Position numbers and translations under genes: made by a program. Below, piece after piece: positions 46,941 to 56,207 of a stretch of 64,000 bases of DNA; the first letter of the stretch is position 1, and every line of letters begins with the position of its first letter. Source of the stretch: an uncultured Chloroflexia bacterium (GTDB lineage Bacteria; Chloroflexota; Anaerolineae; Anaerolineales; Villigracilaceae); assembly GCA_963846805.1 (NCBI GenBank), contig CAWJXH010000003.1:671832-735831 (forward strand). Reading direction: 5' to 3'. Below the pieces are notes generated by a model that was given only the letters and a program-made list of their open reading frames with translations, did no database searches and was not told where the DNA came from.

Positions 46941-49075
46941 ATGACGACTGAAACACTTATCTGGCTCATTCCTTTACCCCCAATACTGGCATTCTTCCTG
47001 ATCCTTCTGTTCACGAATCGGAACAAGGCGCTCAGCCATACGCTGGCGATCGGCGGGGCATTCCTTTCCTGGCTGGGCGCCATGATCGTTTTTGTCCGGG
47101 CTCTGGGGGTACATGAGCTTGGCAAACAACCGTTTGCATCTTCCATAAACTGGATTCCAACTGCCGACACCTGGCTCAAGATAGGCATTTTGGTCGATCC
47201 GCTCTCTGCTGCCACGCTGTTCTTCGTTGCGTGGACCGTGTTGATGATCTTCCTTTACAGCGTTGGTTACCACAACTTTGGACAGCCTGCAGGCGACCAC
47301 GATCAACCGGGCTTGCCGCCGCACGGTGCAACGGTGGAAGACCAAGGCCACAAGCACCTGGTTCCTTCGATTGAACCGATGTACTCGCGTTTTTTCGCCT
47401 TCATCAGCCTGTTCGCATTTGGCATGCTGGTACTCGTGCTCTCGGACAACCTGCTCACGCTCTTTGTAGGTTGGGAGATCATGGGCTTGTGCTCCTACTT
47501 GTTGATCGGTTTCTGGTACGCGAAGCCTTCCGCACGTGACGCCGCGGTCAAGGCCTTCATGACGACGCGAATTGGTGATGTGTTCATGCTGCTCGGCATC
47601 GCGTTCGTGTATTCCGCAACTGGAACCCTGTCATTCCGCGAGATATTTGCTGCACAGGTTCTGCACACTCTCGCAACGGTGCCCACGCCCATTCTGGGCC
47701 TCTCGGCCGCGGGCTTGATTGGTTTGCTGCTCTTCATCGGCACCATCGGAAAGTCTGCGCAGTTCCCCCTACACGTGTGGCTGCCCGACGCTATGGAAGG
47801 GCCGACGCCTGTGAGTGCGATGATCCATGCAGCGACGATGGTCTCTGCGGGCGTTTACATGATCATCCGGATGTTCCCGCTTTTGAGCCTGGATCCGCGA
47901 ACGATGACCTTTGTGGCATTCATTGGAGCCTTTACGGCGTTGTTTGCGGCGACCATCGCTGTGGCACAGAATGATATCAAGCGCGTGCTGGCATATTCGA
48001 CGATTTCACAGCTCGGATATATGGTCGCCGCACTCGGTTCTGGCGCGTACGTCGCGGCAGCCTTTCATTTAATGACGCACGCCTTCTTCAAGGCGCTTCT
48101 ATTCCTCGGTTCCGGATCGGTTATTCATGGCATGGAACATGGCGTCCTGCACACGGGCGATCATGCAATGGACCCGCAAAACATGTTCAATATGGGCGGT
48201 CTGCGGAAGAAAATGCCGATCACCTTCTGGACATTCCTCATCGGCGGCTTTGCTCTTTCGGGTTTCCCCGTCCTGACTGCCGGTTTCTGGTCGAAGGACG
48301 AAATCCTGGCGAGCACTTTCAACGGGCATATGGCGGTTTTCATTACATTGGCGCTCGCGGCATTCCTGACTGCTTTCTATACGATGCGGCAGATTACGTT
48401 GACTTTCCTGGGTGAGCCTCGGACCGAGGCGGCCCATCACGCACAGGAGACCAAATGGACCATGACGGTTCCCCTCATTGTGCTGTCAGTCTTTTGCGAT
48501 CGGATACGGCTGGGTCGGTATGCCGGAATGGTTCACCGGTCGGATTGATTCCGAATTGGTTCCATGAATTTGTGGGGAGCACGCTCGCCGTACCCCCCGA
48601 AGCGACTCCCTTCAACATCGTCCCGCTGCTGACTTCATTGACCGTGGCACTTGGGGGCCTGCTGATCGGCTGGCTGGTCTACCGACGGGTACGGGTTGAG
48701 GAAGAGGACTTCCTGCAAATTCCTGTTCTCAAGAACAAGTGGTATTTTGACGAGATCTATGGCTTCCTGTTTGTGAGGCCTGCAATCTGGTTCGCCGAGA
48801 CCTTCGTCTACCAGTGGATGGACAAGGTCCTGATCGACGGCATCCTGCACTTGTTTGGCAAGATCGCTGCCGACATTGGGTCGAGTCTTCGGAACTATAT
48901 TGACAAACCCGTTATCAACGGTTTTTTCGGCGACGGCACGAGCCGCGTGGTGAAATGGTCCGGGCGCAACATGCGGCCCATCCAATCGGGGCATATCCAA
49001 CAGTACATGCTGGTGTCCCTTTTGCTGCTGCTTGCCATTGCGGGCTTGATCTATTTCTTGCTGATGAGAGTGTAG
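46941..49075 (+). CDS. nuoL: NADH-quinone oxidoreductase subunit L, elongated (two frame breaks: T-run 48492-48495 and ~48541)
   Basis: GWE.MGLCSYLLIGFW, GKSAQFPLHVWLPDAMEGPTP and KRVLAYSTISQLGYM. The C-terminus (ORF 48455-49075) carries the lateral-helix region twice. Confidence 0.92.
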
Positions 49076-49076
49076 C

Positions 49077-50597
49077 ATGGCGGAATTCCTCAACACCCAT
49101 CTTCTGAGTCTCATTCTGTTCATTCCGGCGCTTTCGGCGGTAGTTCTGCTCTTTCTGCCCGGCAAGAACATAAAACTTCTCCGTTGGTTCGCATTCATTG
49201 TGAGCCTGATTCCCCTGATCCTATCCATCTACTTGTGGTCTCAATTCAAGGCTGACGCAAGTGGATTTCAATTTCAGGAACAGCATTCGTGGTACGCAGC
49301 CATCAATTCCTCCCTGCATCTGGGCGTGGACGGGCTTTCGCTTACGATGGTCCTGCTGACCACGCTGCTCACGCCTCTCGCAATCCTGGCCTCTTTCAGC
49401 GTGACCGACCGTGTCAAACCTTACATGATGTTGTTTCTGTTCCTCGAGACGGGCATGCTTGGAGTCTTCCTGGCCCTCGACCTTCTCCTGTTCTTTGTCT
49501 TCTGGGAGGTCGGTCTCGTCCCGATGTACTTCCTCATCAATCAATGGGGGAGCGCCAATAGGGATTATGCATCTCTCAAGTTCATGATCTATACCATGGG
49601 CGGTTCCCTGGGGCTGCTGCTCGGAATTCAGTTGCTCGGGGCGCTTTTTGGCACGTTTGACCTTGCAACCATTACCGCCAAATGGACCACTGCTCAAGGC
49701 TCGTTGCTGGGTTTCCCGATTGAGACTGTGAAGACAGTTGTATTCTGGGCGTTTGTGATTGCCTTTGCGGTCAAGGTTCCCATTTGGCCTTTCCATACCT
49801 GGCTCCCCGATGCCCATACCGAGGCTCCGACGGCTGGTTCCATGATCCTGGCGGGTGTGTTGTTGAAGCTTGGCGCCTATGGTTTCCTGCGGCTGGTGTT
49901 GCCGCTGTATCCTGCGGAAGCCAAACATTTCGCCTTTGCGCTGGCCTTTCTGGCGACGGCTGCTATTGTCTTTGGCGCCTTTGGTTCTTTCGGCCAAACC
50001 GACTTCAAGCGACTTGTCGCATATTCATCTGTGAACCACATGGGCTTTGTCGTGCTCGGCGTGGCAGCCGCGGCACTGGCGACGGGAACCAGCGATGCGC
50101 GGATTGCTTTGAACGGCGCGATCCTTCAGATGTTCAACCACGGCCTGTCGGCAGCCGGAATGTTCTTTCTTGTCGGCGTGATATACGAGCGGACCCATAC
50201 ACGGAACCTGAATGAATTTGGCGGTTTATTCCCACTTGTCCCGATTTATGGCGGGATTCTCATTTTTACGTCAATGGCCTCACTCGGCCTGCCGGGGCTG
50301 AACGGTTTCGTGTCGGAATTCCTCGTTGTAAGGGGTACGTATCCTTTGTTGACGCCGTACACTGCAATATCGATGCTTGGAGTGCTGTTTACCGGTGCGT
50401 ACATTTTGAAAGGCATCATGAAAGTCTTGCATGGACCTCTCAACGAGCACTGGGCGAAGGGTGAGCACCGCTTGACCGAGATGACACCGCGCGAAGTATT
50501 CGTCATGGCGCCGCTGATGGGATTGATCCTGGTCATCGGCGTATGGCCCGCCTGGATTCTTGACATAATCAACAAGGCTGTGTTGCACTTGTTCTAA
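49077..50597 (+). CDS. nuoM: NADH-quinone oxidoreductase subunit M
   Basis: HLGVDGLSL, FFVFWEVGLVPMYFLI, FAVKVPIWPFHTWLPDAHTEAPTAGS and KRLVAYSSVNHMG. Confidence 0.95.
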   Translation: MAEFLNTHLLSLILFIPALSAVVLLFLPGKNIKLLRWFAFIVSLIPLILSIYLWSQFKADASGFQFQEQHSWYAAINSSLHLGVDGLSLTMVLLTTLLTPLAILASFSVTDRVKPYMMLFLFLETGMLGVFLALDLLLFFVFWEVGLVPMYFLINQWGSANRDYASLKFMIYTMGGSLGLLLGIQLLGALFGTFDLATITAKWTTAQGSLLGFPIETVKTVVFWAFVIAFAVKVPIWPFHTWLPDAHTEAPTAGSMILAGVLLKLGAYGFLRLVLPLYPAEAKHFAFALAFLATAAIVFGAFGSFGQTDFKRLVAYSSVNHMGFVVLGVAAAALATGTSDARIALNGAILQMFNHGLSAAGMFFLVGVIYERTHTRNLNEFGGLFPLVPIYGGILIFTSMASLGLPGLNGFVSEFLVVRGTYPLLTPYTAISMLGVLFTGAYILKGIMKVLHGPLNEHWAKGEHRLTEMTPREVFVMAPLMGLILVIGVWPAWILDIINKAVLHLF

Positions 50598-50604
50598 GAG
50601 GTGG

Positions 50605-52122
50605 ATGATGTTTTTTCCGTACTTGAGTGTGATCGTTTTCACACCGCAGGCCGCAGCGTTGATCATCTTGCTGATGCCGGCCCAGAAAAAGGATTTGGTC
50701 CGTTCGATTGCGCTGTCGGCGGCTTCTCTTGAGCTTTTGCTATCCCTGGCGGTCTTTGTTCAGTATCTGACCCAGCACATGACCGGCTATCAGTTCGTGG
50801 AGCAGTACAGCTGGCTCCCGGCGCTCGGTATCAGCCTGCACTTCGGCGTAGACGGCATCAGCACACCTCTGGTGCTTCTCACGGGTGTGGTGATGTTCAC
50901 GGGCGTGCTGATCTCGTGGGGTGAAGAAAACAATCACGTCTCGGCAGGGATCCAGGATCGCCCGCGTGAGTTCTTTGCCTTCCTCTTCATCCTGGCCAGC
51001 GGCGTTTTCGGAGTGTTTGTTTCGCTTGATCTTTTCATGCTGTTCTTCTTCTACGAAATTGCCGTGTTCCCGATGTACTTGTTGATTTCTATCTGGGGTT
51101 GGGCTCAGACTCGGGAATATGCGGCTATGAAGCTGACCCTGTACCTGTTCATCGGTTCGGTCGTTGCGCTGGTCGGCGCGCTCGCCATGTATTGGGTGGC
51201 TGGTCAGAATACCGGAACATATACGTTCGACATGCTCCAGATGGAAAAGGCGGGGTTCTCGGTCGCGTTCCAGAATCTCTGGTTTCTACCTGTATTCTTT
51301 GGCTTTGCAGTCTTGGGCGGCATCTGGCCCTTTCACAACTGGTCGCCTGACGGCCACGTTGCAGCGCCCACTGCGGTCTCAATGTTCCACGCCGGCGTGT
51401 TGATGAAGCTCGGCGCTTTCGCGGCACTACGGGTGGGTATCATGCTGCTCCCAGAGGGTGCAAAGCATTGGTCTTGGCTTATTATGCTGTGCGCGGCCGT
51501 CGCCGTAGTGTACGGCGCCTTCATCGCCTTTGTGCAGACGGACTTCAAGTACGTCATCGGCTTCTCCTCCGTATCGCACATGGGGCTGGTGATGCTGGGG
51601 TTGTCCACGCTGTCTCGCGAAGGGCTTACAGGCGCCGGCCTGCAGATGTTCTCGCACGGCATAATGACGGCTCTCTTCTTTGCTGTCGTCGGCATGGTTT
51701 ACGACCGCGCCCATACTCGCCACATCCCCGATTTGGGCGGCATGGCCAGGATTATGCCGTGGCCCGCCGTCGGCTTCATAATCGGCAGCCTCGTCTCCAT
51801 GGGTATGCCGGGTTTCTCAGGATTCATTGCCGAATTCCCAATCTTTCTGGGCGTCTGGAAAACTCAATGGCTCGTGGCGGTGATCGCATCGATTTCCATC
51901 ATTGTCACGGCAGCTTATGTGATGCTGGTCGTGCGACGCGTGTTCTTTGGGGCGATGCCCGAAAAACTCGAAGGACACATCGGTCCGGTGACCGCCTTGG
52001 ACAAGCTGGCAGTTGCAGTCCTTTGCAGCTTGATGGTTGGTATTGGCCTTTTCCCGGTCATCATCGTTCCCATGGTGCAAACTGGCGTGAATAACATCCT
52101 GCGCCTGCTGGGAGCCGCCTGA
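50605..52122 (+). CDS. Second, divergent NuoM-like antiporter subunit
   Basis: HFGVDGISTP, FFFYEIAVFPMYLLI, WPFHNWSPDGHVAAPTAVS and FKYVIGFSSVSHMG. Same fold family as the preceding gene but with altered key motifs. Confidence 0.9.
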   Translation: MMFFPYLSVIVFTPQAAALIILLMPAQKKDLVRSIALSAASLELLLSLAVFVQYLTQHMTGYQFVEQYSWLPALGISLHFGVDGISTPLVLLTGVVMFTGVLISWGEENNHVSAGIQDRPREFFAFLFILASGVFGVFVSLDLFMLFFFYEIAVFPMYLLISIWGWAQTREYAAMKLTLYLFIGSVVALVGALAMYWVAGQNTGTYTFDMLQMEKAGFSVAFQNLWFLPVFFGFAVLGGIWPFHNWSPDGHVAAPTAVSMFHAGVLMKLGAFAALRVGIMLLPEGAKHWSWLIMLCAAVAVVYGAFIAFVQTDFKYVIGFSSVSHMGLVMLGLSTLSREGLTGAGLQMFSHGIMTALFFAVVGMVYDRAHTRHIPDLGGMARIMPWPAVGFIIGSLVSMGMPGFSGFIAEFPIFLGVWKTQWLVAVIASISIIVTAAYVMLVVRRVFFGAMPEKLEGHIGPVTALDKLAVAVLCSLMVGIGLFPVIIVPMVQTGVNNILRLLGAA

Positions 52123-53571
52123 ATGTATACATCCACAGCATTTCTCTCCATCCTGCCCGAAACTCTGATACTGATCCTGGCAGTCGCCCTCTTGATCGTC
52201 GAACCGTTCCTGAAGGAAGACCGGAGGCGAAACATTGGCTGGCTGACTGCGGCCGGGTTGCTGCTTACTATGATTCTCAGCCTGCTGTTTGGCCGACCTG
52301 GCGCTCCGAGCACTACCTTTGGGGATACCATCCGGTTCGACTGGCTCGGCTTCTTCTTCAAGATGCTCTTCATCTTCGGTGCGGGGATCACGGCGCTCTT
52401 CCTGATGGATCATGACAAGGTTGGACATCGAGGAGAAGCCTATTTGCTCATGCTTGCCTCGACAATTGGCATGTGCCTGATGGCCTCTGCAGCCGATCTC
52501 ATCCTGCTTTACCTTGCTGTAGAGACGACGTCCATCCCACTCTATGTGTTGGCCGGTTTCATGCTTTCGGACGACCGCTCCACGGAATCTGGGCTCAAAT
52601 ACCTGCTTTATGGCGCGATGACTTCCGCGGTGATGCTCTATGGTTTTAGTTTGCTGTTCGGGTTGGCAGGGACGACGAATATTTACACTCTGGCGAACGC
52701 ACTAAAGTCCGGACAGATCGCCCTTCCTCCTATCTTGGGCATCTTGCTGCTCATCATCGTCGGCCTCGGCTTCAAAGTCTCGATTGTCCCGTTCCACTTC
52801 TGGGCGCCGGACGTCTATGAGGGTTCCCCGACTCCTATCGCCGGCTTTCTATCCACAGCATCCAAAGCGGCTGGATTCGCAGTGATTGCGCGTCTATTCC
52901 TGGTGGCGTTTGGCGGCTTCTCGATAAATTGGACCATGGTCTTCGCAGTCCTGTCGGCCGTGACCATGACTGTCGGAAACTTGTTGGCATTGCCGCAGCG
53001 GAACCTAAAGCGACTGCTTGCATACTCGTCGATCGCTCACGCCGGTTACGCCATGATTGGAATTGTTGCGCTGTCACAGCTGGGCATTGCGAGCGTGGTC
53101 TTCTACATGCTGGCGTACATCGTAACAAACCTGGCGGCCTTTGGTATTGTCATGGCCGTGGGGCGCGTTACGGGATCGGACGATTACGATGCCTATCGAG
53201 GCCTTAGCCGCCGGTCGCCTGCGCTGGCGCTCATAATGCTGGCCGCATTCCTCTCGCTCGCAGGAATGCCTCCTTTTGGCGGATTCGTCGCCAAGGTGAT
53301 TGTCTTCGCCGCGGGTATCCAATCCGGATACGTCTGGCTGGTTGTAATTGGCATACTGAATTCTATTGTGGGCGTGTACTACTACTTGAACGTGTTGAAG
53401 TACGTGTACTTGTATCGCATGGAGCACGAGGACGAGGAAAAGCACCCGATCTCGTTGACTCCGCCGTATGTAATCGCGCTTGCGGTGTTGGCGGTCGGCG
53501 TGATCCTGGTTGGAACAGTCTTTGCCCCCTGGTTCGGCTTCTCGAACGCCGCTGCGATGAATTTATTTTAA
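52123..53571 (+). CDS. nuoN: NADH-quinone oxidoreductase subunit N
   Basis: LYLAVETTSIPLYVL, GFKVSIVPFHFWAPDVYEGSPTP and KRLLAYSSIAHAGY. Confidence 0.95.
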   Translation: MYTSTAFLSILPETLILILAVALLIVEPFLKEDRRRNIGWLTAAGLLLTMILSLLFGRPGAPSTTFGDTIRFDWLGFFFKMLFIFGAGITALFLMDHDKVGHRGEAYLLMLASTIGMCLMASAADLILLYLAVETTSIPLYVLAGFMLSDDRSTESGLKYLLYGAMTSAVMLYGFSLLFGLAGTTNIYTLANALKSGQIALPPILGILLLIIVGLGFKVSIVPFHFWAPDVYEGSPTPIAGFLSTASKAAGFAVIARLFLVAFGGFSINWTMVFAVLSAVTMTVGNLLALPQRNLKRLLAYSSIAHAGYAMIGIVALSQLGIASVVFYMLAYIVTNLAAFGIVMAVGRVTGSDDYDAYRGLSRRSPALALIMLAAFLSLAGMPPFGGFVAKVIVFAAGIQSGYVWLVVIGILNSIVGVYYYLNVLKYVYLYRMEHEDEEKHPISLTPPYVIALAVLAVGVILVGTVFAPWFGFSNAAAMNLF

Positions 53572-53608
53572 GTGCGGGAGTTGGCAATTTCTGCAATGCG
53601 ACTGGAAT

Positions 53609-53638
53609 TTGACATACTTTTATCTTGTTGGTTATAAT
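53609..53638 (+). promoter_or_regulatory. Sigma70-type promoter of the Fo operon
   Basis: TTGACA-N18-TATAAT, with the -10 box ending 8 nt before the atpZ ATG. Confidence 0.7.
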
Positions 53639-53646
53639 AGTGAGGC

Positions 53647-53916
53647 ATGGCACAATCAGACAATAAGGGCCGGAACACCTTCAATATATTCTTGATTACA
53701 GTGATCGGGCAGATGGGTTGCCTGGCTGTACTGGTCATTGCAGTTTCAATCCTGGCCGGGTTGTGGTTGGACAACTTCTTTCACACTAAGCCCGTCATCA
53801 CCCTGGTATTGTTACTTGCAGGGGTGCCCGTTTCAGTATTTTTGATGGTGTTCGTCGCTCGCCGGAGCGTCGCAAAACTGAGAATACAGAACGAAAATGA
53901 GAAGAAGGGATCATAG
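53647..53916 (+). CDS. atpZ: AtpZ/AtpI-like small membrane protein (ATPase_gene1 family)
   Basis: 89 aa, two TM helices, positioned directly upstream of F-type subunit a. Confidence 0.7.
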   Translation: MAQSDNKGRNTFNIFLITVIGQMGCLAVLVIAVSILAGLWLDNFFHTKPVITLVLLLAGVPVSVFLMVFVARRSVAKLRIQNENEKKGS

Positions 53917-54948
53917 TTGATGGAGGCAGGCTTGGAAGAAAAGAAACGTAGGCCATGGCGCCGGTGGGTGCTTTTAGGACTAATGATTATTGGTTTCCTC
54001 GCGGCCGGGGCATTTGTCCCTGTCCGTCCCGAGATCACGGTGGCGGCCGAAAGGTTGAGTGAAACGCCGATTTTCACTTTGCCGCCGCCCTTTGGACCGT
54101 TCTATCTCGTGAACACGCTGCCTACGTTGGCTTTCACAGTGCTGTTGCTCGTTGTGATCGCGTTCTTCACCATGCGCTCCCTGGCGAAGAGCGCACGTAC
54201 TGACCTGGTTCCTCGAGGCATCGGCAACTTGATGGAGGCTTTCTTCGAGTTGATCTATAACCTCACGGAAAGTTCCGCGGGAGCCAAATGGGCCCCGGTA
54301 ATATTCCCCTGGTTTGCGACGATCATGATCTATGTTCTATTCGCCAACCTGTTGAAGCTTATTCCGGGCTTCGAATCAATCGGATTTCTGCATCCGACGA
54401 GCGCAGGCGGATATGCTATACGCCCGTTGGTGGCCGGCTGGAACGATCTTTTGCCGACCACGGTGGATACCGGCGGATATGTGCTGGTACCATTTGTTCG
54501 TGGAATTTCACTGGATCTGAATTTCACGTTTGCACTGGCTATCATATCCGTGGTCGTTACTCAGATCATCGGTTTTCAAGCGCAGGGATTGGGTTACATC
54601 AGCAGGTTCTTCAACTTCCGGACCATGTTTAAGGTGCCTTTTTTTGGAGCCATGGATTTTTTGGTGAGCCTGCTCGAATTATTCTCTGAGTTCTTCAAGA
54701 TCATATCGTTTTCATTCCGTCTATTCTTCAACATGTTTGGCGGTATCATTCTACTGGCTGTGGTCGCCTTTCTGTTGGGAAAGATAACCATTGTGTTTTC
54801 CATGCTCTACTTCTTTGAATTTATTGTTGCCATCATTCAGGCGTTCGTATTTGGGATTTTGACCATGGCCTTCATGGTGATAGTTACACAGGGCCATGGC
54901 GGCGGGGAGCAGCACGCCGATGCCCCGGTAGAGGTACGCGAAATCTAA
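53917..54948 (+). CDS. atpB: F-type ATP synthase Fo subunit a (long N-terminal extension)
   Basis: Conserved Arg helix FSFRLFFNMFGG and 5-6 TM helices. 343 aa. Confidence 0.88.
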   Translation: MMEAGLEEKKRRPWRRWVLLGLMIIGFLAAGAFVPVRPEITVAAERLSETPIFTLPPPFGPFYLVNTLPTLAFTVLLLVVIAFFTMRSLAKSARTDLVPRGIGNLMEAFFELIYNLTESSAGAKWAPVIFPWFATIMIYVLFANLLKLIPGFESIGFLHPTSAGGYAIRPLVAGWNDLLPTTVDTGGYVLVPFVRGISLDLNFTFALAIISVVVTQIIGFQAQGLGYISRFFNFRTMFKVPFFGAMDFLVSLLELFSEFFKIISFSFRLFFNMFGGIILLAVVAFLLGKITIVFSMLYFFEFIVAIIQAFVFGILTMAFMVIVTQGHGGGEQHADAPVEVREI

Positions 54949-54979
54949 GAAGGATAGCCCGAAGGAGGCTTAGACGAAT

Positions 54980-55219
54980 ATGGAAGCAAGCATTATATTG
55001 GCAGGACGCTACATCGGCGCAGGATTGGCGATGATTGGCGCGGCGGGAGCCGGTGTCGGCATAGGCCTCAGCGTGCAAGGCGCGTTGACCGGCATGGCCC
55101 GCAACCCGGATACTTATGGGAATCTATTCACGAACATGATCCTCGGCATGGCCTTTTCTGAAGCGATTGCGATTTACTGCCTTGCCGTTTCTTTTCTTAT
55201 CCTGCTAAAGATCTTTTAG
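54980..55219 (+). CDS. atpE: F-type ATP synthase Fo subunit c
   Basis: 79-aa hairpin, GAGLAMIGAAGAGVGIG ... ARNP loop ... AFSEAIAIY with the carboxylate E. Confidence 0.93.
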   Translation: MEASIILAGRYIGAGLAMIGAAGAGVGIGLSVQGALTGMARNPDTYGNLFTNMILGMAFSEAIAIYCLAVSFLILLKIF

Positions 55220-55241
55220 CCGGAAGATTCGGGAGGTTGAT

Positions 55242-55976
55242 TTGGAAGCGTTAGGTATTAATCTAGGGTTCCTGATCCTGCAAATCCTCGCCTTCGTCAT
55301 CGTGTTTCTAACGCTGCAAGCCTGGGTTTACAAGCCGCTATTGAATATGATGGCTACCAGACGCAATAAGATCGCCCAGGGGCTGGAGGACGCTCGGGTC
55401 GCTGCGGAAGCCCGTGCCGATGCTGAAAAGGAAGCAGCCAGGGTGCTCGCCGACGCGCAGTCCCAGGCGGGCAAGGTTGTGCGGGATGCGATTGATCGTG
55501 CGGCCATTGCCGCTCAGGATGTGAAGACCTCGGCAGAGGGAGAGGCCGAGCGAACACGTCAAACGGTGATCGCCGAAGCCGAAACCGAGCGCAATCGAAT
55601 TCTGGGCGATTTGCGCGGGCAGGTTGCTGCGCTCGCGATCGCTGCTGCACAAAAGCTGGTCGGTGAGTCCCTTGACGAAAAACGCCAACGGGCACTTATC
55701 GACGAATTCTTCTCCGGCGTCAAGTCGGGCAAGGTTGTGATGCTCGACCATGCCGACCTCAAAGGCGAGGCGGCCGAAGTAACCAGTGCGTTGCCGCTTA
55801 GCTCAACCGAGCAGGAAACCGTTAAGAGCAATGTACTGTCTCAAGTTGGCGCGCAGGCTGTGACCTTTCGAGTGGATCCAGCCATCATGGGTGGGCTGGT
55901 CATCAGGGTCGGCGACAGAGTGCTGGATGGTTCCATCTCCGGCAAGCTGGATGCGCTGAGACAGAATCTGAAGTAG
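55242..55976 (+). CDS. atpF: F-type subunit b fused to the C-terminal domain only of subunit delta (OSCP)
   Basis: N-terminal TM helix plus a long Ala/Glu/Arg coiled coil (b). The last ~85 aa are AEVTSALPLS..Q..V.......G..V.F.VDP.IMGGLVIRVGDRVLDGSISGKL..L, which aligns with the delta C-terminus. No delta N-domain. Confidence 0.8.
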   Translation: MEALGINLGFLILQILAFVIVFLTLQAWVYKPLLNMMATRRNKIAQGLEDARVAAEARADAEKEAARVLADAQSQAGKVVRDAIDRAAIAAQDVKTSAEGEAERTRQTVIAEAETERNRILGDLRGQVAALAIAAAQKLVGESLDEKRQRALIDEFFSGVKSGKVVMLDHADLKGEAAEVTSALPLSSTEQETVKSNVLSQVGAQAVTFRVDPAIMGGLVIRVGDRVLDGSISGKLDALRQNLK

Positions 55977-55995
55977 TCCATTGCTGCCGCCAAGC

Positions 55996-56030
55996 AGGGT
56001 TTCGGCGATTGAGCGCCGAAACCCTTTTTG
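55996..56030 (+). terminator. Rho-independent terminator closing the Fo operon
   Basis: agggtttcggcg / cgccgaaaccct 12-bp stem followed by TTTTTG. Confidence 0.85.
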
Positions 56031-56138
56031 TTAATCAGCCGTACCGGTCAGCCGATTTAGGCCTTGCAGGCTTATGCCCGGTTTCCCGGCAGGTTGAGAA
56101 CATCCGCACAATTGCTCGCAATTCGCCCATTTTGGGCC

Positions 56139-56167
56139 TTGATTGTCCCGTGCTTTTCTCTTACAAT
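56139..56167 (+). promoter_or_regulatory. Sigma70-type promoter of the A/V-ATPase operon
   Basis: TTGATT-N17-TACAAT, 40 nt upstream of the first gene. Confidence 0.6.
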
Positions 56168-56207
56168 AGCGGGCGTCCTTATCCAGGTCTTGTGAGGCGA
56201 ACAGAGA

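Noticed and set aside
53647-55976. N-ATPase (atpDCQRBEFAG-type) interpretation of the Fo genes
   Set aside because: There are no atpQ/atpR genes and no F1 genes in the unit, and the order is Z-a-c-b. The c subunit lacks the full Na-binding residue pattern as far as I can align by eye.
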